DNA from: Vitrella brassicaformis CCMP3155
Taxonomy: Eukaryota; Protista; Chromerida
Direction: 5' to 3'
NCBI GenBank assembly: GCA_001179505.1
Contig: CDMY01000249.1
Coordinates: 1-64,000 of the forward strand
Length of the DNA: 64,000 bases
Notes under the pieces: generated by a model
The model's input: the letters and a program-made list of their open reading frames with translations, nothing else
Databases searched by the model: none
Told to the model about the DNA's origin: nothing
Position numbers and translations under genes: made by a program
Part shown: positions 8,790 to 21,662 of the stretch, one piece after another
Layout of the letters: every line of letters starts with the position of its first letter
Position numbering within the stretch: the stretch's first letter is position 1

Positions 8790-11700
8790 TTCGATGCACA
8801 CCCGAGCGACTGACAGACTTTGACTCACATGATCACACAGCAAGGCCCAGAAGCAGGCTTGTACGGCCGCATGATCTTTCTGATCTCCCGGTTCTTCACC
8901 ACTCGCCACGGCGTGTCCCCCTGTTGTGATGAGATGAGATGAGATGAGCACACTACTCAAACCCTCGAAGATGTGAATGTCTGTGGGCACTCACGTCCTC
9001 GTTTTCCATGTCGAGCAGCGCACCGCCGCCCCACTCGAGCCTTTGAGAAGGAGACACATAGAGACAGAGAGTGTGTGGATGAGATGTTCGCGTCAGTCAT
9101 TCATCTGTATTTCACAGCTGGGACACAGCTGCAGATTCGCCTTCGGATGCAGCCCAATGGAGTGCCGTCTCTCCATCCTGTGTGTGTGATGTACACAAAG
9201 GAAAGGCAATCAATCAGATGAGAGAAGACTGTGTTGCCTCACCTTGCTCGTCTGTGTGAGCAGGTCCTTTCGTTTGGCATACAGGGCCTCCATCACATTG
9301 ACATGACCACACCCAGCAGCCAATATAAATAGCGTGCGGCCATGCTGCAACCAACACACACACACACGCACACGCAACACACATACAGAGGCGTCAGAGA
9401 CATGTGTGTGCTCTGTTACCAGTTTGTTGCGTGCATCGATCAGTTTCGGATCCCACTCCATCAACTTATTGACAGCCGCGACCTGGCCCTCCTGGGCAGC
9501 TAAGTGCATGGCATTCGAACCCCACTGCATTCCATCACAGCCAACACACATCTCACTATCACAAACAGCAGCACACAAGATGGTTTGTCTGTGTCGGTAC
9601 CCATCTGTCTGTTTGCTTCAGTACGTCAGGTTTGCTCTCATACATGACCGACATGACATCGACATGTCCCTCCCTAGCAGCCTCCATGAATGGCGTGCTG
9701 CCATACTGCAATCACCACACACACACACACAATCAGCACAGTGAGGCGTCAGAGACATGTGTGTGCTCTGTTACATCGCTGCGTGCGCCGATCAGTTTGG
9801 GATCCCACACCAGCAGCTGCTCGACAGACGCAACATTGCCCTTTTGGCCAGCAAAGTGCAGGGCAGTCAAACCAAGCTGCATTCCATCACACCCAACGCA
9901 CATCTCCTCTTCACAACCAGCACACAAGATGCTTAGGTTGGTACCTCGTCTGTTTGCTGCAGTACGTCAGGTTTGCTCTCATACATGACCAACATGACGC
10001 CCGCGTGACCCTCAGCTGCAGCCAACAGGAAGGGTGTCTTCTGTAGGAATGAGAACACACAGACAGACCACTGAGGGCATTCCTGTCATCTTCAAACTTG
10101 CATACCTTGGAAAGAATTTCGCTCTCGTCTCGTTTGTCGAGTATATCCTTGCCGTCTCGCTCGATGAGCAAATGAACCGACTGCTCATCGCCTTTTCTGA
10201 CGGCATCGAAGATGTCAGCCTGCCACACATCCAGCACAAGAACAGCGTCCCTTTGACGTGTGGGGTTCAGCTGCTGTGTCCCTTACGTGTTTGATCTGTG
10301 GCTGTGGGGCGCTCGGCGGTGTCTTCACTAACGGCTGCTGGGCAGGGAGCGCTGCAACACACAAACCATGGATGACCAGTCGTATGTCTCTCCATGTGTT
10401 GTCTTCGTGCCTTCCACACCGACCTGTCTGCTCTTGAGCAACCACAAGTTCGACCTGTGCTGGATGGACCATAATCGGCGGCCCCGGCACTGTGCTGGCC
10501 ATGCTCGTGTGAACACCCGGTGGAGCGCCAGCGGAAGGCACGTCAACGGGAGACACAGGGGAAGGGGGAACCAACACCGGGTCTGCACACAGTCAAGCAG
10601 TCAAATGGGGGCTTTCTCGTGTCAAAGTGGAGCGTCAGTGGACCTGCACCCTTTGACGGACTCGCTGGAATGCCCAGCTTGGCCAACAACTACCACAGTC
10701 AGGCAAGCAGACACGACATGCCGACGCGTTTGTCCAGTGGTGCGTGTCAGGTACCTCTTTGGCTGTGGGGCGATCTTCCGGCTTGAAGGCAAAACAACTC
10801 TGATCACCGTCACAATCGGAAGGGAAATGCAGCACACGAGAAGAGCTCTCGGTTTACCTTGATGGCACTTTTGATGTGCTCAGGCAGGAAATCGGGGATG
10901 CGGGGGGTCTGACAAAAGTAAGCAGAGAACTTCAGAGGATCTGTGAACATGTGTCAACGTGGCAGGTCACCTGCTTTCGAACGACAGCGGCGGTGATGAT
11001 GATGAGAGGTGCTTGGCCCTCAAAGGGGGGCCCGCTTGGACATTACAAGTGAAGGCTACTGTCTCTGACTGAAAGTGCATCTGCTGACCGCCAAACAGCT
11101 GCGCGATAATGCATCCAACCGCCCATATGTCCGCCTCCATAGAGGGCTTCCCCACTGCACACACCGGCAGTCATTCAAGTTCCCAAGGCGACCGGCTTTT
11201 CTTACACTCACAGTTGTCTGGATCCAATGATTCAGGCGACATGTAATTGGGGGTTCCCTTAATGCCGCCTGCAGTCCAGGGACGGATGCACCAACACACA
11301 CAGACGCACCTCGCTCACCGCATTCCGCCATCCCATGTCTCTTGCTACCTGCAAAAGAGCTCGACGTCACTTGAACATTCCGCGTCATGCCGAAGTCACT
11401 TATCTTGATCACCAAATGCTCGCCCAACTGATAGACACGAGACACGACAAGATGCTGCAGCCATCGACCGAGAGGTGAAGGTTGTCTGCCCTTACGAGAA
11501 TATTGCCCGGCTTCAAGGCTCGATGCACGATGTCGTGGTCGTGCAGATACTGCACCCCCTCACATATCTGACGGCAATCGACACACAAATCTAGATGTGA
11601 CGCTGTCTGCTGTGCTGTACCTTTCTCACGAATCTGTCTCGCACGTCGAGCGGCAGTGGTCTGTTCTTGGCCAAATATTTGTCCAGCGATCCGCCCTTAC

Positions 11701-12220
11701 ACAACTCTGAGAATTATGGACACGCGACACACAGTCAGGAAACAGATGAATGAATCGAGGTGACCTGAGACGATCATGAGGCCGTGCTTGGCGTCCGTGC
11801 AGACACCGAGAAACTGCACTACGTTGGGGTGTCGGAGGCAAAGCATCTCCTGAGCCTCGGATAGAACATCCTCCATCGCCCCAGCCATCAGCTCCTGCAT
11901 CACATGATGCCTGTGTGCCACATGATTTGACACGCCCTGCGATGCTCACGCTGTCGGTAAGCTCCTCCCCGGTAAGTGGGGAGGCCTCCCTCAATTTCTC
12001 CATCTTTGTGATCTTTACAGCCACGTCCAGACCATTCCACTTGCCCTGGTACACTATACCGAATGCTCCGCCCCCTGACACAGACACACATGCAGATGTA
12101 CACAGAGGTCACCCAATCGATGACATCGGGCCAGCAGTTGGTCGTGAGCGCACCAAGCTTCTTGTCACCCACAGTCAGGTCCCTCGCCCTGATCAACAGG
12201 CGAGGGACGGGGGAAGCCAT
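8790..12220 (-). CDS. TKL-like kinase domain (catalytic HRD->HRA) + Pro-rich linker + C-terminal ankyrin repeats; multi-exon, 3' end approximate
   Basis: MASPVPRLLIRARDLTVGDKKLG|GGAFGIVYQGKWNGLDVAVK, EAQEMLCLRHPNVVQFLG, ELCKGGSL, IVHRALKPGNILV, KISDFG, GTPNYMSPE, DIWAVGC, RPTAKE. Ankyrin exons ADIFDAVRKGDEQSV, TPFLLAAAEGH, TALHFAGQKGN, NAMHLAAQEGQ, TLFILAAGCGH, TALHWAASEGE. One C missing at the G6 run 11025-11030. Confidence 0.88.
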
Positions 12221-12354
12221 GAGGAGCGAAGTTACGCACTCGTCACTGGCAGCCCCGCTGTCCGTTCGGCCCCCAATGCCCCCAGGGTTCTCGACCACTG
12301 GCCAAGCACGGCAGATCACGAGCGCTATCCACAGACACAGACACATTTTGGTCC

Positions 12355-13242
12355 ACGTGCGGGTGCTCACTCGCTTTTCGTATCTCAAGTGACTCATTCA
12401 TTCATTCATTTGGGCGTCCTCATGAACACACAAGGCATTCATTCCCAGGGCGGGAGTCCGGCTTACCAAGGTTTCCCTTGGCTACTCCCTGGGTTTCACA
12501 TTCCCCGTATTTTAGAAGCGCGGGGGAAAAGCGCCCGGCCGCTATTTCTATTCCGCAGGGCTGGCGGCTGAAAAACTGGTTGTGCTCGTGTGTTTGTTTG
12601 TGTGTGTGTGAGTCTGGTGTGTGTGGCGTGGGGGTGTGTGTGGGGGGTGCCCCGCCCACAAGGTCCTGGCCCCCATCCGCCGTCTCGCATGCAGCACGCA
12701 GACTGGCTTGAAGACGTACTCGGAGTGGCCAGGGCATGCCTGAGCTTCACCATGCATGTGCACATGTGACCCCGAGTGCCCATCGTTTTGCCCGTCTCAC
12801 CTCCTTACATTTTACCTCACCGTAGACGTTTTCCATCCGTCTCTGGACAGCTCAGAGTCGCTGGAAGCAAGGCACTGCTGCAGCCTCCACCGCCTGAACC
12901 TTCTCCTACCCCTGCGGCGTCTGCTGCCCACGGAAACAGCGGTTGCAGGTACAGCTGGTGTGCTCCACATCGTGCTTCACTGCAAGTCCCACATCATGCG
13001 GACCGGGCTGATGGGGCGGAGGTGTCCTCGGCCTTCTTCAAGCTTGAAAAAGCCTCGTAGAGGACAAAATGAGGGGCATCTAAGCGATGTACATTTTGTG
13101 CATATATATATATATATATATATGTGTTTTATATATTTTTCAAGAACGGTCCGATTCCGAAGGCGAGGCCCGAAGGGCCGGGCCAAGCATGGCCGAGCAA
13201 TGACGTGTGGGTGCTCACTCGCTTTTCGTATCTCAAGTGACT
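12355..13242 (+). repeat. 40-bp direct repeat pair (12355-12394, 13203-13242)
   Basis: ACGTG(C/T)GGGTGCTCACTCGCTTTTCGTATCTCAAGTGACT, one mismatch, 848 bp apart. Confidence 0.92.
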
Positions 13243-14726
13243 GAGACGGTCCTTGTTACATACTATTACATACACACACCCCACCATATCACCCGGCATG
13301 CGTCTGTGTGGATGAATTCCACTCGATGCGATGGAGGAATGTCACTGCATGGTGATGCGACCGGTTAACACGCAACCGCGAAAACACTTCTCATTACAGA
13401 CGCTCATTTCTGACCCTAAAAGTAGCAGTACACAGCTACTTGTGGACCGAGTAGCAGCGCCCACATTAGTCAATCACCACTTCTGTTGGTGTGTGCTATA
13501 CTTGTCAGCCACCGAAACTCATCTCGTTGTCCATCCATCTCAACACCGAAAAACTCACAATGATCGAACCGATGAGCCGTGCCGCCAGAGAGTGCATGTT
13601 GTTTGGTTGTCTGTCTGTCTCATGCGTGTCTCTTGCTTAACTGCACCGCCCTTCCCTGTAAGACATTCGTGATGTTGACCATGTGAGCAGGGAGGGAAGG
13701 CATGAGTGGCAAAACCAGATGGGTAACAGAACCAGCGCGTCTGCATGTGTGTATGTATTGTTACGCAAGTTAGACAAGGCATGTGTGTGGCAAAAAGCGG
13801 TCAGGGTGGCCACGCGAGGGTAGTGGTAGCAAAAAGACGTTCGTCTGTGAGGGTGTTGGATGGTACGTACACAGGTTAAATACATACATACATACACATA
13901 CAGATGGATAGGCACACAACGGTTAGATAAATACATAACACACAGAAACACACACACATCGGTATATACACATCACACACACACACGAACACGAACACAT
14001 AAAAGCAAACGAAATGCATGGTAAGAATAAATCCCCCAACACGCACACGCACACGCAATTGAATTGCCATATCCGTTCTCACGTCGAGGCGAACACAAAC
14101 ACACACACACATAACCCGACCGTACAGTGCTTTGTGTGTGTGTAGTGCTGCTCGCTCCTGGTGTTGTGTGGTTTGTGCGTCCTCGTCGATGCACTCGATG
14201 CTGCGTCGCATCTCACGGCTGGACAAACATGGAGTACATCCACGACAACATACAGACCACACACACAGAGAGCCAGAGTGGGACACATTCGGCTGTGCGC
14301 TTGCCTTGCCAGCCATGTGTTTGCTTTGGTATGTGCTGGTGCCTAGAACTAAACACGCGGAAACCCCGAAAAAACAACGCGCCACATTCACATGCAGGCA
14401 TACGTACGTGCACGTACTTGTTAGAGAGAGCTGAATTCGATCAACTTAATCAACCCGCCCCCAACAGCAGTCGTCACGCCTGTCTCCCATTTCCAGTCCG
14501 AAAGCGTGCCTGCTCAATCGAGCACATCCCTCCAGTCCCTCTTGCCCCACCCATCACGCAATGTCATCCAGTCACGGCGAATTAGAACAGCGCACGTGCA
14601 TGCATCTGCGTATGGAGCCCAGACGAAAAACTGATCGGCAACAGGAGAGGGAAGCGAGGATCCATCACGGCCTCTCCGGCCGGCCGAGGTTTTCGAAAAC
14701 CTCCCTTCCCTCTGCTGTGTCTGTCT

Positions 14727-16951
14727 TCAGGTCACGGCACGGAACACACCAGATGCCGCAATCTCAACCCTGCAGCAAAACACACACACATACACACACA
14801 CACTTTTACGGGTGTACACATTGAGACGATCTACACATGCACTTTTGTACCATGATTCAGGCGGCTTGGCTGGCCCAGTAGCAGCACCAGCGGCAGCAGT
14901 CTTCTCCCTCTCCCTCTCCGTCTCCCCCCCCTCCCCATGTGCTGCAGCTGTGTCGATGGCCATGACCTTGCCCACAAACCGCTCAGCGTCCCTCTCGTTT
15001 TGCTCCCGCTGCTGCCGCTCGGCCCGCAGCTGCTTGGCGTGCAGGTACAGCTGCCACAGCTGGTGGTACATGACGATCGATGACTTGAGACGCTCGTCGA
15101 ACCGAGTGGTGTGGCCGGCGGCGGTGGTTGTGGCGGCGGTGTGGGGGGACGACGGCGGGGAGAGTGTGTTGTGAGTGGATGTGGGTGTGAGTCCGGCCGT
15201 GATGGAGAGGGGCGAGTTGGACGAGTAATCCACATGGTGGATGCCGCCTATCGGTTGCGACACAGGATGACACAACACAGCACAGGGGAGGGATTTCTCG
15301 TGTTGCGTCGTGTCAGCTAAGGCTTCGTGTGTACCTGTAAAGCGTGTGGTGTCGATGGGCGACGGCCGACTCGTGCCCGAGCAAGAACTCACAGGCCCAG
15401 CTGCACACACATAGCCACGCATCATGTCTGCGCGTGACGGATATGTATGCCCATGGGCGTCTCACCGAGTTCGTCAAGTGTGGTTCCCCCCACCCACGGC
15501 GCGTCTTTGGGTGATGCTTCCTCGAGAGCCTTCTGCTCCTCCTGCAGCTGTCGGCACTCCTCGTAGTAACGCACACGGTCCTGCGCAGCGGCCTCGTCAT
15601 AGATCTGCAGACAGACAGGCAGGCAGTCATGAGACAGACCGACGAAGATCCATTCAGTCGCAGATGGACACATGGATGGTTGTGTGCAGTGGTGTGTGTG
15701 GGGCGAGTGTGTGATGGGGCATGGTCTCACCCTTTTTTCCTCCTTGGTCATGCGCCGCCATCGCTCGCCCAGCGCCACCAAAATCTGCTTGTACGACAAC
15801 TCTACACACACAGACACACAGACGAGCATCGGTCGGTGCACACCTCATCTTCGGTGTGTGTGGTGTTGTGACCCACCAGGGTGCAGTTCCTCCATGGCAG
15901 GTCTCTCAGCGGCTTGGAAGAAGAGGAAGGGCGAGAGGGGCATCTTAGGGCGTAAGGGGCCTCCCGCCTGACGGTCAGTCCTGCGCCGCTTGTACCTGGT
16001 GCTGCGGTTCCTGACCTCTCTCTTGGTGTCACCCCTGAACACACACATGCACGCAGATGGATGGACGGATGGATGGATGGATGGTGTGCGTGTAAGGCCT
16101 CTGACTGACCTTCGAAGTCTCTTCACACCGGCGTGGTGGTCACACTCCCGCATCGGTGGGTCGTTCATCGCTGGTGCTTCCTCCTCGTCACACGCCGCTG
16201 CCTCCAGCCCCTCCATCCCCATCCACCGCTCGTCGTCGTCGTCATCCTGCGCGCACTCCAGACCCTCACACATGGGGTGGTCCACGCCGCCACACCAATA
16301 CGACCCCACACCACCACAACCACCACCACCACCAGTGGCGTCGACCTGGAGCAGCTCGTCGTCGTGTGAGCCGGTCTGGTACCAATCCTGGTCGTACTCG
16401 GCATCAGGAGCAGCAGAAGCAGGAGGATGAGGATGGCGTTTCCTGGGTCTGCCTCGCCCTCTGCGTGGTAGCCTGGGCTCTGGGGAGTTGACGGAGGACT
16501 CATAGTGGTGGTTGCGTGTGGCGCCGCTGCGTGTGCGGATGGGTGAGGTGGGGCGGGGGGAGGGTGTTGTGCTGGTGGCCGCGTCGGCGTCGAGTCGGGC
16601 AGCCTCCTTCCACAACTGACGGCGAAAAGGGAACGATACCAGACAAAGGGAGTGCGCACCATGTCTGTATGTATGTGTGGGTGGGCAATGGTCTGTGTGT
16701 CAGTCACCTCTTTGGTGTGTTGATCGAGTTGTTGCCACTCGTCGCCAGCGATGCAGGCCATCTGCTTCGAGTCGGCACCTGCACCAATACAACACAGAAA
16801 CACACACAGAACACAAACCGCATCTTTCAATGCCTGTTGATTGATGGCCGCCTCCCCTCACTCACTCACTCACCGGGGTAGATCTGTTTGAGCTCCGGTC
16901 GTCTGTGGTTCAGGTACTTGAAGAAGGCCGTAGCCGACGACTGACGCCGAC
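14727..16951 (-). CDS. HMG-box protein (two boxes) with an AT-hook; true start lies upstream and is unresolved
   Basis: Box 1: SSATAFFKYLNHRRPELKQIYPG|ADSKQMACIAGDEWQQLDQHTKE|..LWKEAA. AT-hook RRGRGRPRKR. Box 2: PLRPKMPLSPFLFFQAAERPAMEELHPG|ELSYKQILVALGERWRRMTKEEK|IYDEAAAQDRVRYYEE. Confidence 0.85.
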
Positions 16952-17763
16952 CCTGAAAGAACCACACACACAAGCACACAATCACACGCACAATCACACA
17001 ATCACAATCAGTCAGCAGACAGATGTCGTTCCAGCGTGTGGTGACGTACCATCGTTTTGGTAGATGTGAGACAGCCTCAACACGCAAACAGATAAAGACG
17101 GTCTCGGTGCGATACGGGAAAAAGACACTGCACAGACAGGCTCTCTCTGCTGTCGCTATCTGACTGACTGACTGACAGACACTGCTCTGCTCTACAGACA
17201 GGTGGTGTGCAAAACCTCGCGCACGAGGACACACCCAGACAGACAGTCAGCCGATGGCTGTCTCGCCTTACTCACACACGACACGCAGCACACACATACA
17301 CATCACACGCAGGAGCGCTAATTGCACAGCCACACACACAAACACACACACAGACAGACAGACAGACAGGCAGACAGCCAACTCACAGCACACGATACAG
17401 ACAAGGCAGGCAGGCAGTCAGAGAGAAGAAAAGAGGCAGTCCGGGGATAAGCAAGGACAGAAATAGCCAGCAGCAGGCCTCCGGGGCCTCTGTCCCGGCG
17501 CACAGCACAGCACGAGTAATGAAGCAGAAATGTCGTCCTGCAACCAGCAGTGTTGCCAGCAGATCAAGGCAGGCTCTCAGCAGCAGCAGCACTTGCCCCT
17601 GCTTTGCTGCCCTCTCCCTTCTTTTTCTCCTCCTCGTTCTTGCGAGCTTTGTCGATCGCAATTGGAGGGGAATTTCGCAGCCTTTTCGTGGTTTCGTGCC
17701 CTTGCCTTGTAGCCACGGCTGTGTGGAGGTGATGTTTGAGCCCGCAATACCGGCCTGCAGCAG

Positions 17764-19056
17764 ATGGCGGCTGCTGCAGCAGCCGGCGCGTCGTCCAAGA
17801 AGCGCAAGCGCGGCGGCGGCGCATCTGATGAGCCTCTCACATCGATTCTCGAGGGCGTGAGGACCGGCCTGGCGTCTGCGGATCAGCACGTTGCAATGGA
17901 GGCACGCGACACATCATCGCTACTGGGATGCCTGCAGCATCTGCAGTCACTGAAGGAGGCCTCATCGAGGAAGGTCGAGCAGCTGGCCCACCATTCTGCA
18001 GAATGGCGGCAAGCTCAGCGATGAAGTCGATGCGGACGCCCCTGCCATCCAGCTCAACGTCGGCGGGCAGGTCATCGCCATCTCCCCTCGGGCCCTGCTC
18101 CACCCCTTCATGCGCACCACCTACATCTCCACCCTCCTGCTGCAGTTCGGCTCCCGGCTGCCCACTGCTGACCAGGACAACAGGCCCTACCTCGAGGCCT
18201 CACCCGACTACATGGGATGGCTGCCCGACGAGCTGGCCCGGCAGCTCAGCCGTGCAGCGGGTCAGCATCATGCAGCGCACACATGCCCTTCTCGGTCCCA
18301 GCAACCTGGCCCAGCGCTTCTCACCGTGAGCAAACACACGCACACGCACACGCACACGGGAAGCCGTGTGACCAACACCCACTTACACTTGTGTGTTCCT
18401 TGTAGGCAGCATCCTTTGGGCAGTACCGTCCTGCAAATATCAGCTGCACACTTCTCCAAGATAGTCGGTGAGGGCACCCACATCCGCCTGTCCACACATG
18501 GCACACACACTCAGTTGACGCACCGAACTGTCTGTCTGTGTTGGTGCTCATGTAGACTACGCCCGTCGCACCGTCACGATGCCCAGCTGGATTACGGTGC
18601 ATCGGCCGGTGGTCGAGGCGAGCGAGAGGGCGGCATTCGAGCAGGCCCTCAAGACCTACAGCACGGAGAAGACAGGGTGGGTCAGCGGACTTCAGCGGCG
18701 GACGCTGTTGAACCCACCCTGCTGTGTGTTGTGTTGTGTTATGTTTGGACAGGCGCACCTTTCAGATGTTTGTAAGGGACCTGTGCAACGGCGGGGGCGG
18801 GACACACACCTTCGAGGTTGAGGCCTGCACGACGGTGCGGGAGTTCAAGACAATGATCAAGGACAGACTGAGCACCGATGAGCGGGAGCAGCGCTTCATC
18901 TACGGCGGCAAGCATCTGGAAGACGGAGGCACGATGGCCGATTACAACATCCAGGAGCTGAGCACCGTGACCTTGATGCTGAAGCTCTCAGGCGCTCATG
19001 AGGTCAAACAAGAGAGACTAGAGGAGGAGGGGCAGGTGTTGGGGGAATACAGCTAG
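17764..19056 (+). CDS. BTB/POZ (KCTD/T1-type) domain protein with a C-terminal ubiquitin-like domain; one +1 frameshift
   Basis: N-terminal SKKRKR. IQLNVGGQVIAISPRALLHPFMRTTYISTLLLQFGSRLPTADQDNRPYLEASPDYMGWL (T1-BTB pattern). Last exon FQMFVRDL..THTFEVEACTTVREFKTMIKDRL..EQRFIYGGKHLEDGGTMADYNIQELSTVTLMLKLSGA. An extra C at 17987-17989 separates the first two frames. Confidence 0.78.
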
Positions 19057-19296
19057 CTCGACAGGAGGGGGAGGGCGGACGACGGGGCATGTAATGGTCG
19101 ACTCTTTCGTGTGCATGTCTCTCACGTGCAATTTGACCGACGTGCATTGCAATGTATGTGTGTGCAGAGCATCAGCTGTCCAGCACCAACACACGACACA
19201 CATTACCGTCAACAGGACAGCTCTCGACAAATACCCACACACACCCGCCACTCATAGCAAACGCCCCAGACCAGCAACCACACATGAGTCCGTCCG

Positions 19297-21151
19297 TCAG
19301 TGTGAGGACACTTGCGGCACGAAGCCCAGGTTCTGCCTGTCGATCCCAAACTCTGCCAGACGGGCCTCATACGCCTTAACCATCGCACGGTGACAATCCT
19401 GCAGACATGACACACACACACACAGACACACACAGAAGCAGACAGTGCTCGTGGATGAATGGACGATCCATAGGTAGCGCACCTTGAGCTTCTGTATCTC
19501 ATGTTGTAGTTCTTCGATGGAGTCGTTCTTGTACTGAATGACCCTGTCAAGCTTCTCGCTGATGCCGCCCACCGTGGCCTTGTCGATGTTGGCCGACACG
19601 AGCAGCTCACTGATCTGGGCATCGGCGATCTCCATGGCCTCCTCCAACGCCTCCAACTTGCGCTCCAGCAACAAATTCTGACAGGAAGGGGAGAGAGGGA
19701 GACATGACGACCGATGCAGAGAGGGAGGGAGGGGGGGAGACACAAGCAAGCTCTTTGTGATGACCTGTAGGCCGCTCTTCTGCTGCACGTCATATATGAC
19801 ATTCTGGAACTTCTGATAGAGCTCGTCCCTCTCCTGTCACGCCACGACAGAAGCCATCTGTCTCCCGGCAGATGGACCGTCTGTGTGTGGTGTATGTGTT
19901 GCGCTGACCGCCTGTACTTTCTTCATTTGCTGTTCGAGTATTTCGTGCTGCATTTTGATGCCCGCTATCTGCTCCTCCTTGTCGCCCAACGTGTCCTGCG
20001 CACAAAGAGCAGACAAGAGACACCATCACGAGGGGTGGAAATGCCTACGCGGTCATCTCGATGTCGTTGGTACCTTGACGTTGTGGAGTTTCTTCTTGTC
20101 AATCTCGTAGAGTGCCAGCTCCTCCTGTAACCTCTCCACATCCTGGTGGGCCTTACGCAGAGGCTCTGGGGGTGCCAACAAGAGCAACACACATGCATGG
20201 GAGGTGGCAATGTCTCCCTGACAGACATACAAACGTACCTGAGAGTGCTCTGTTCTTGGCGGTGAGGTCCGCCATGAGTTTGGCGTCCTTGGACTCGCCC
20301 CGTTTCAGCTCCTCGTGATCCTCCTGAACACGAAGCGCCGGGGCAAATGGACCGACATGACTTGTTGTAGCACTCTCCTTGTTTGCTGCTGACCTTCAGT
20401 CTTTTGATGAGGTCGATGTTGGACGAGGTGATGTCGGTGTAGTAGTGCTTGATGCCCTGCAGACTGGCCAAATTCTGCTGCTGGACTCGACTGCAGGCAA
20501 GAAATGACGGACAGGGAGACATTCAAGGAGACGCACATTTGTGCATCGGCCGCTGGCTGCTTACGCGATGTGTTGGTTCTTCTTCTCCTCAATGCGGGAA
20601 ATGTCTTTTTTGCGCTGCTTCTCCATCTCCTCACGCAACTGACAAAGGAATCGATGGCCAATGGCCACACAGACAGACAGAGAGGTCAGCCTGCGCTCTT
20701 TCCCCTTCTTGTTTTCTCCCCGTTTGGGCGTACGGTTTTCATTCTGAGTTGGAACTTCTGCTGGAGGTCTTTGGCTTTCCGCTCGAAGTCCTGCCTGAGT
20801 CCCAGGACCTGCTTGTCCTGCCGCAGCTTGAGCAGCCGCAGAAACTCCTCCTGACTGACCTCCTCCTCCTTCAACTGAACTGACCGTATCGCACACAGAG
20901 AAAGGGAAAGAGATTCCGTTGGCCTCTCTGTCGGATTGAGTACACCAGAATACCTTTGAGTGCTCTCTTGTCAGTGTGCAGCTGCCTGGCGGCCTCTCTG
21001 TGTTCATCCTCCGCGAGTTTCTGCGCCAGTTCTCCGTCGATGCGGAGGTTGACGCTCTCGTCCTGCTGCAGATACCGCAGGTGCTTCACACGCTGCTTGA
21101 ACAACTGCACACAGACACACACAAGTGGACGGAATTGGGAGCGGGACTATG

Positions 21152-21189
<38 letters not shown>

Positions 21190-21662
21190 CCTTGAGTTCG
21201 ATGCCCTGTCGCTCCTCGAGGTCTTGCAGCTCACGTGCCTTGGCACGCAGCTCTGCCTGGCTCCTCTGCAGTGACAAACGCACACACGCACACAGACACA
21301 CACGTGTGGTGAGCGAGATGGCTGTGTATGTGGTACCATGAGTCCCTTCTTTTCGACGATCCAGAAGTAGTTGATCTTTTCCCGCTCGTTCATGAGCTCG
21401 TTCATGAGCCGCTCCTCACTCTCACACTGAGCCTTCAACAGACTCGCCTGCAGAACGGGCACACATACACACACAGGATGAGAGGCCCTTCCCGGTGCGT
21501 GTCGCCAGTAGTCTGCGTCTCCGTGCGCGGTGTTCCAATCATGGGCCATGCCACCTCGATGAGGAGTTCCTGCTTCATCTTTTCCCCCTCGGCCTCTTGT
21601 GCGGCCTGCATGGGGTCCACCGCCTCCTTCTTCTTCCCACCGCCCTTCTTCTTGGGAGCCAT
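19297..21662 (-). CDS. GAS8: Growth arrest-specific 8 / dynein regulatory complex subunit 4
   Basis: MAPKKKGGGKKK start; EERLMNELMNEREKINYFWIVEKK, LFKQRVKHLRY, RQDFERKAKDLQQKFQLRM, IEEKKNQHI, IKHYYTDITSSNIDLIKRLK, KSGLQ|NLLLERKLEAL, AMVKAYEARLAEFGI, all characteristic of DRC4. Confidence 0.93.

Noticed and set aside
13099-14420. (TA)n tract and CV/HT-rich ORFs in the intergenic region
   Set aside because: Simple (TA)n/(CA)n repeats typical of the whole window, with no protein-like signal.
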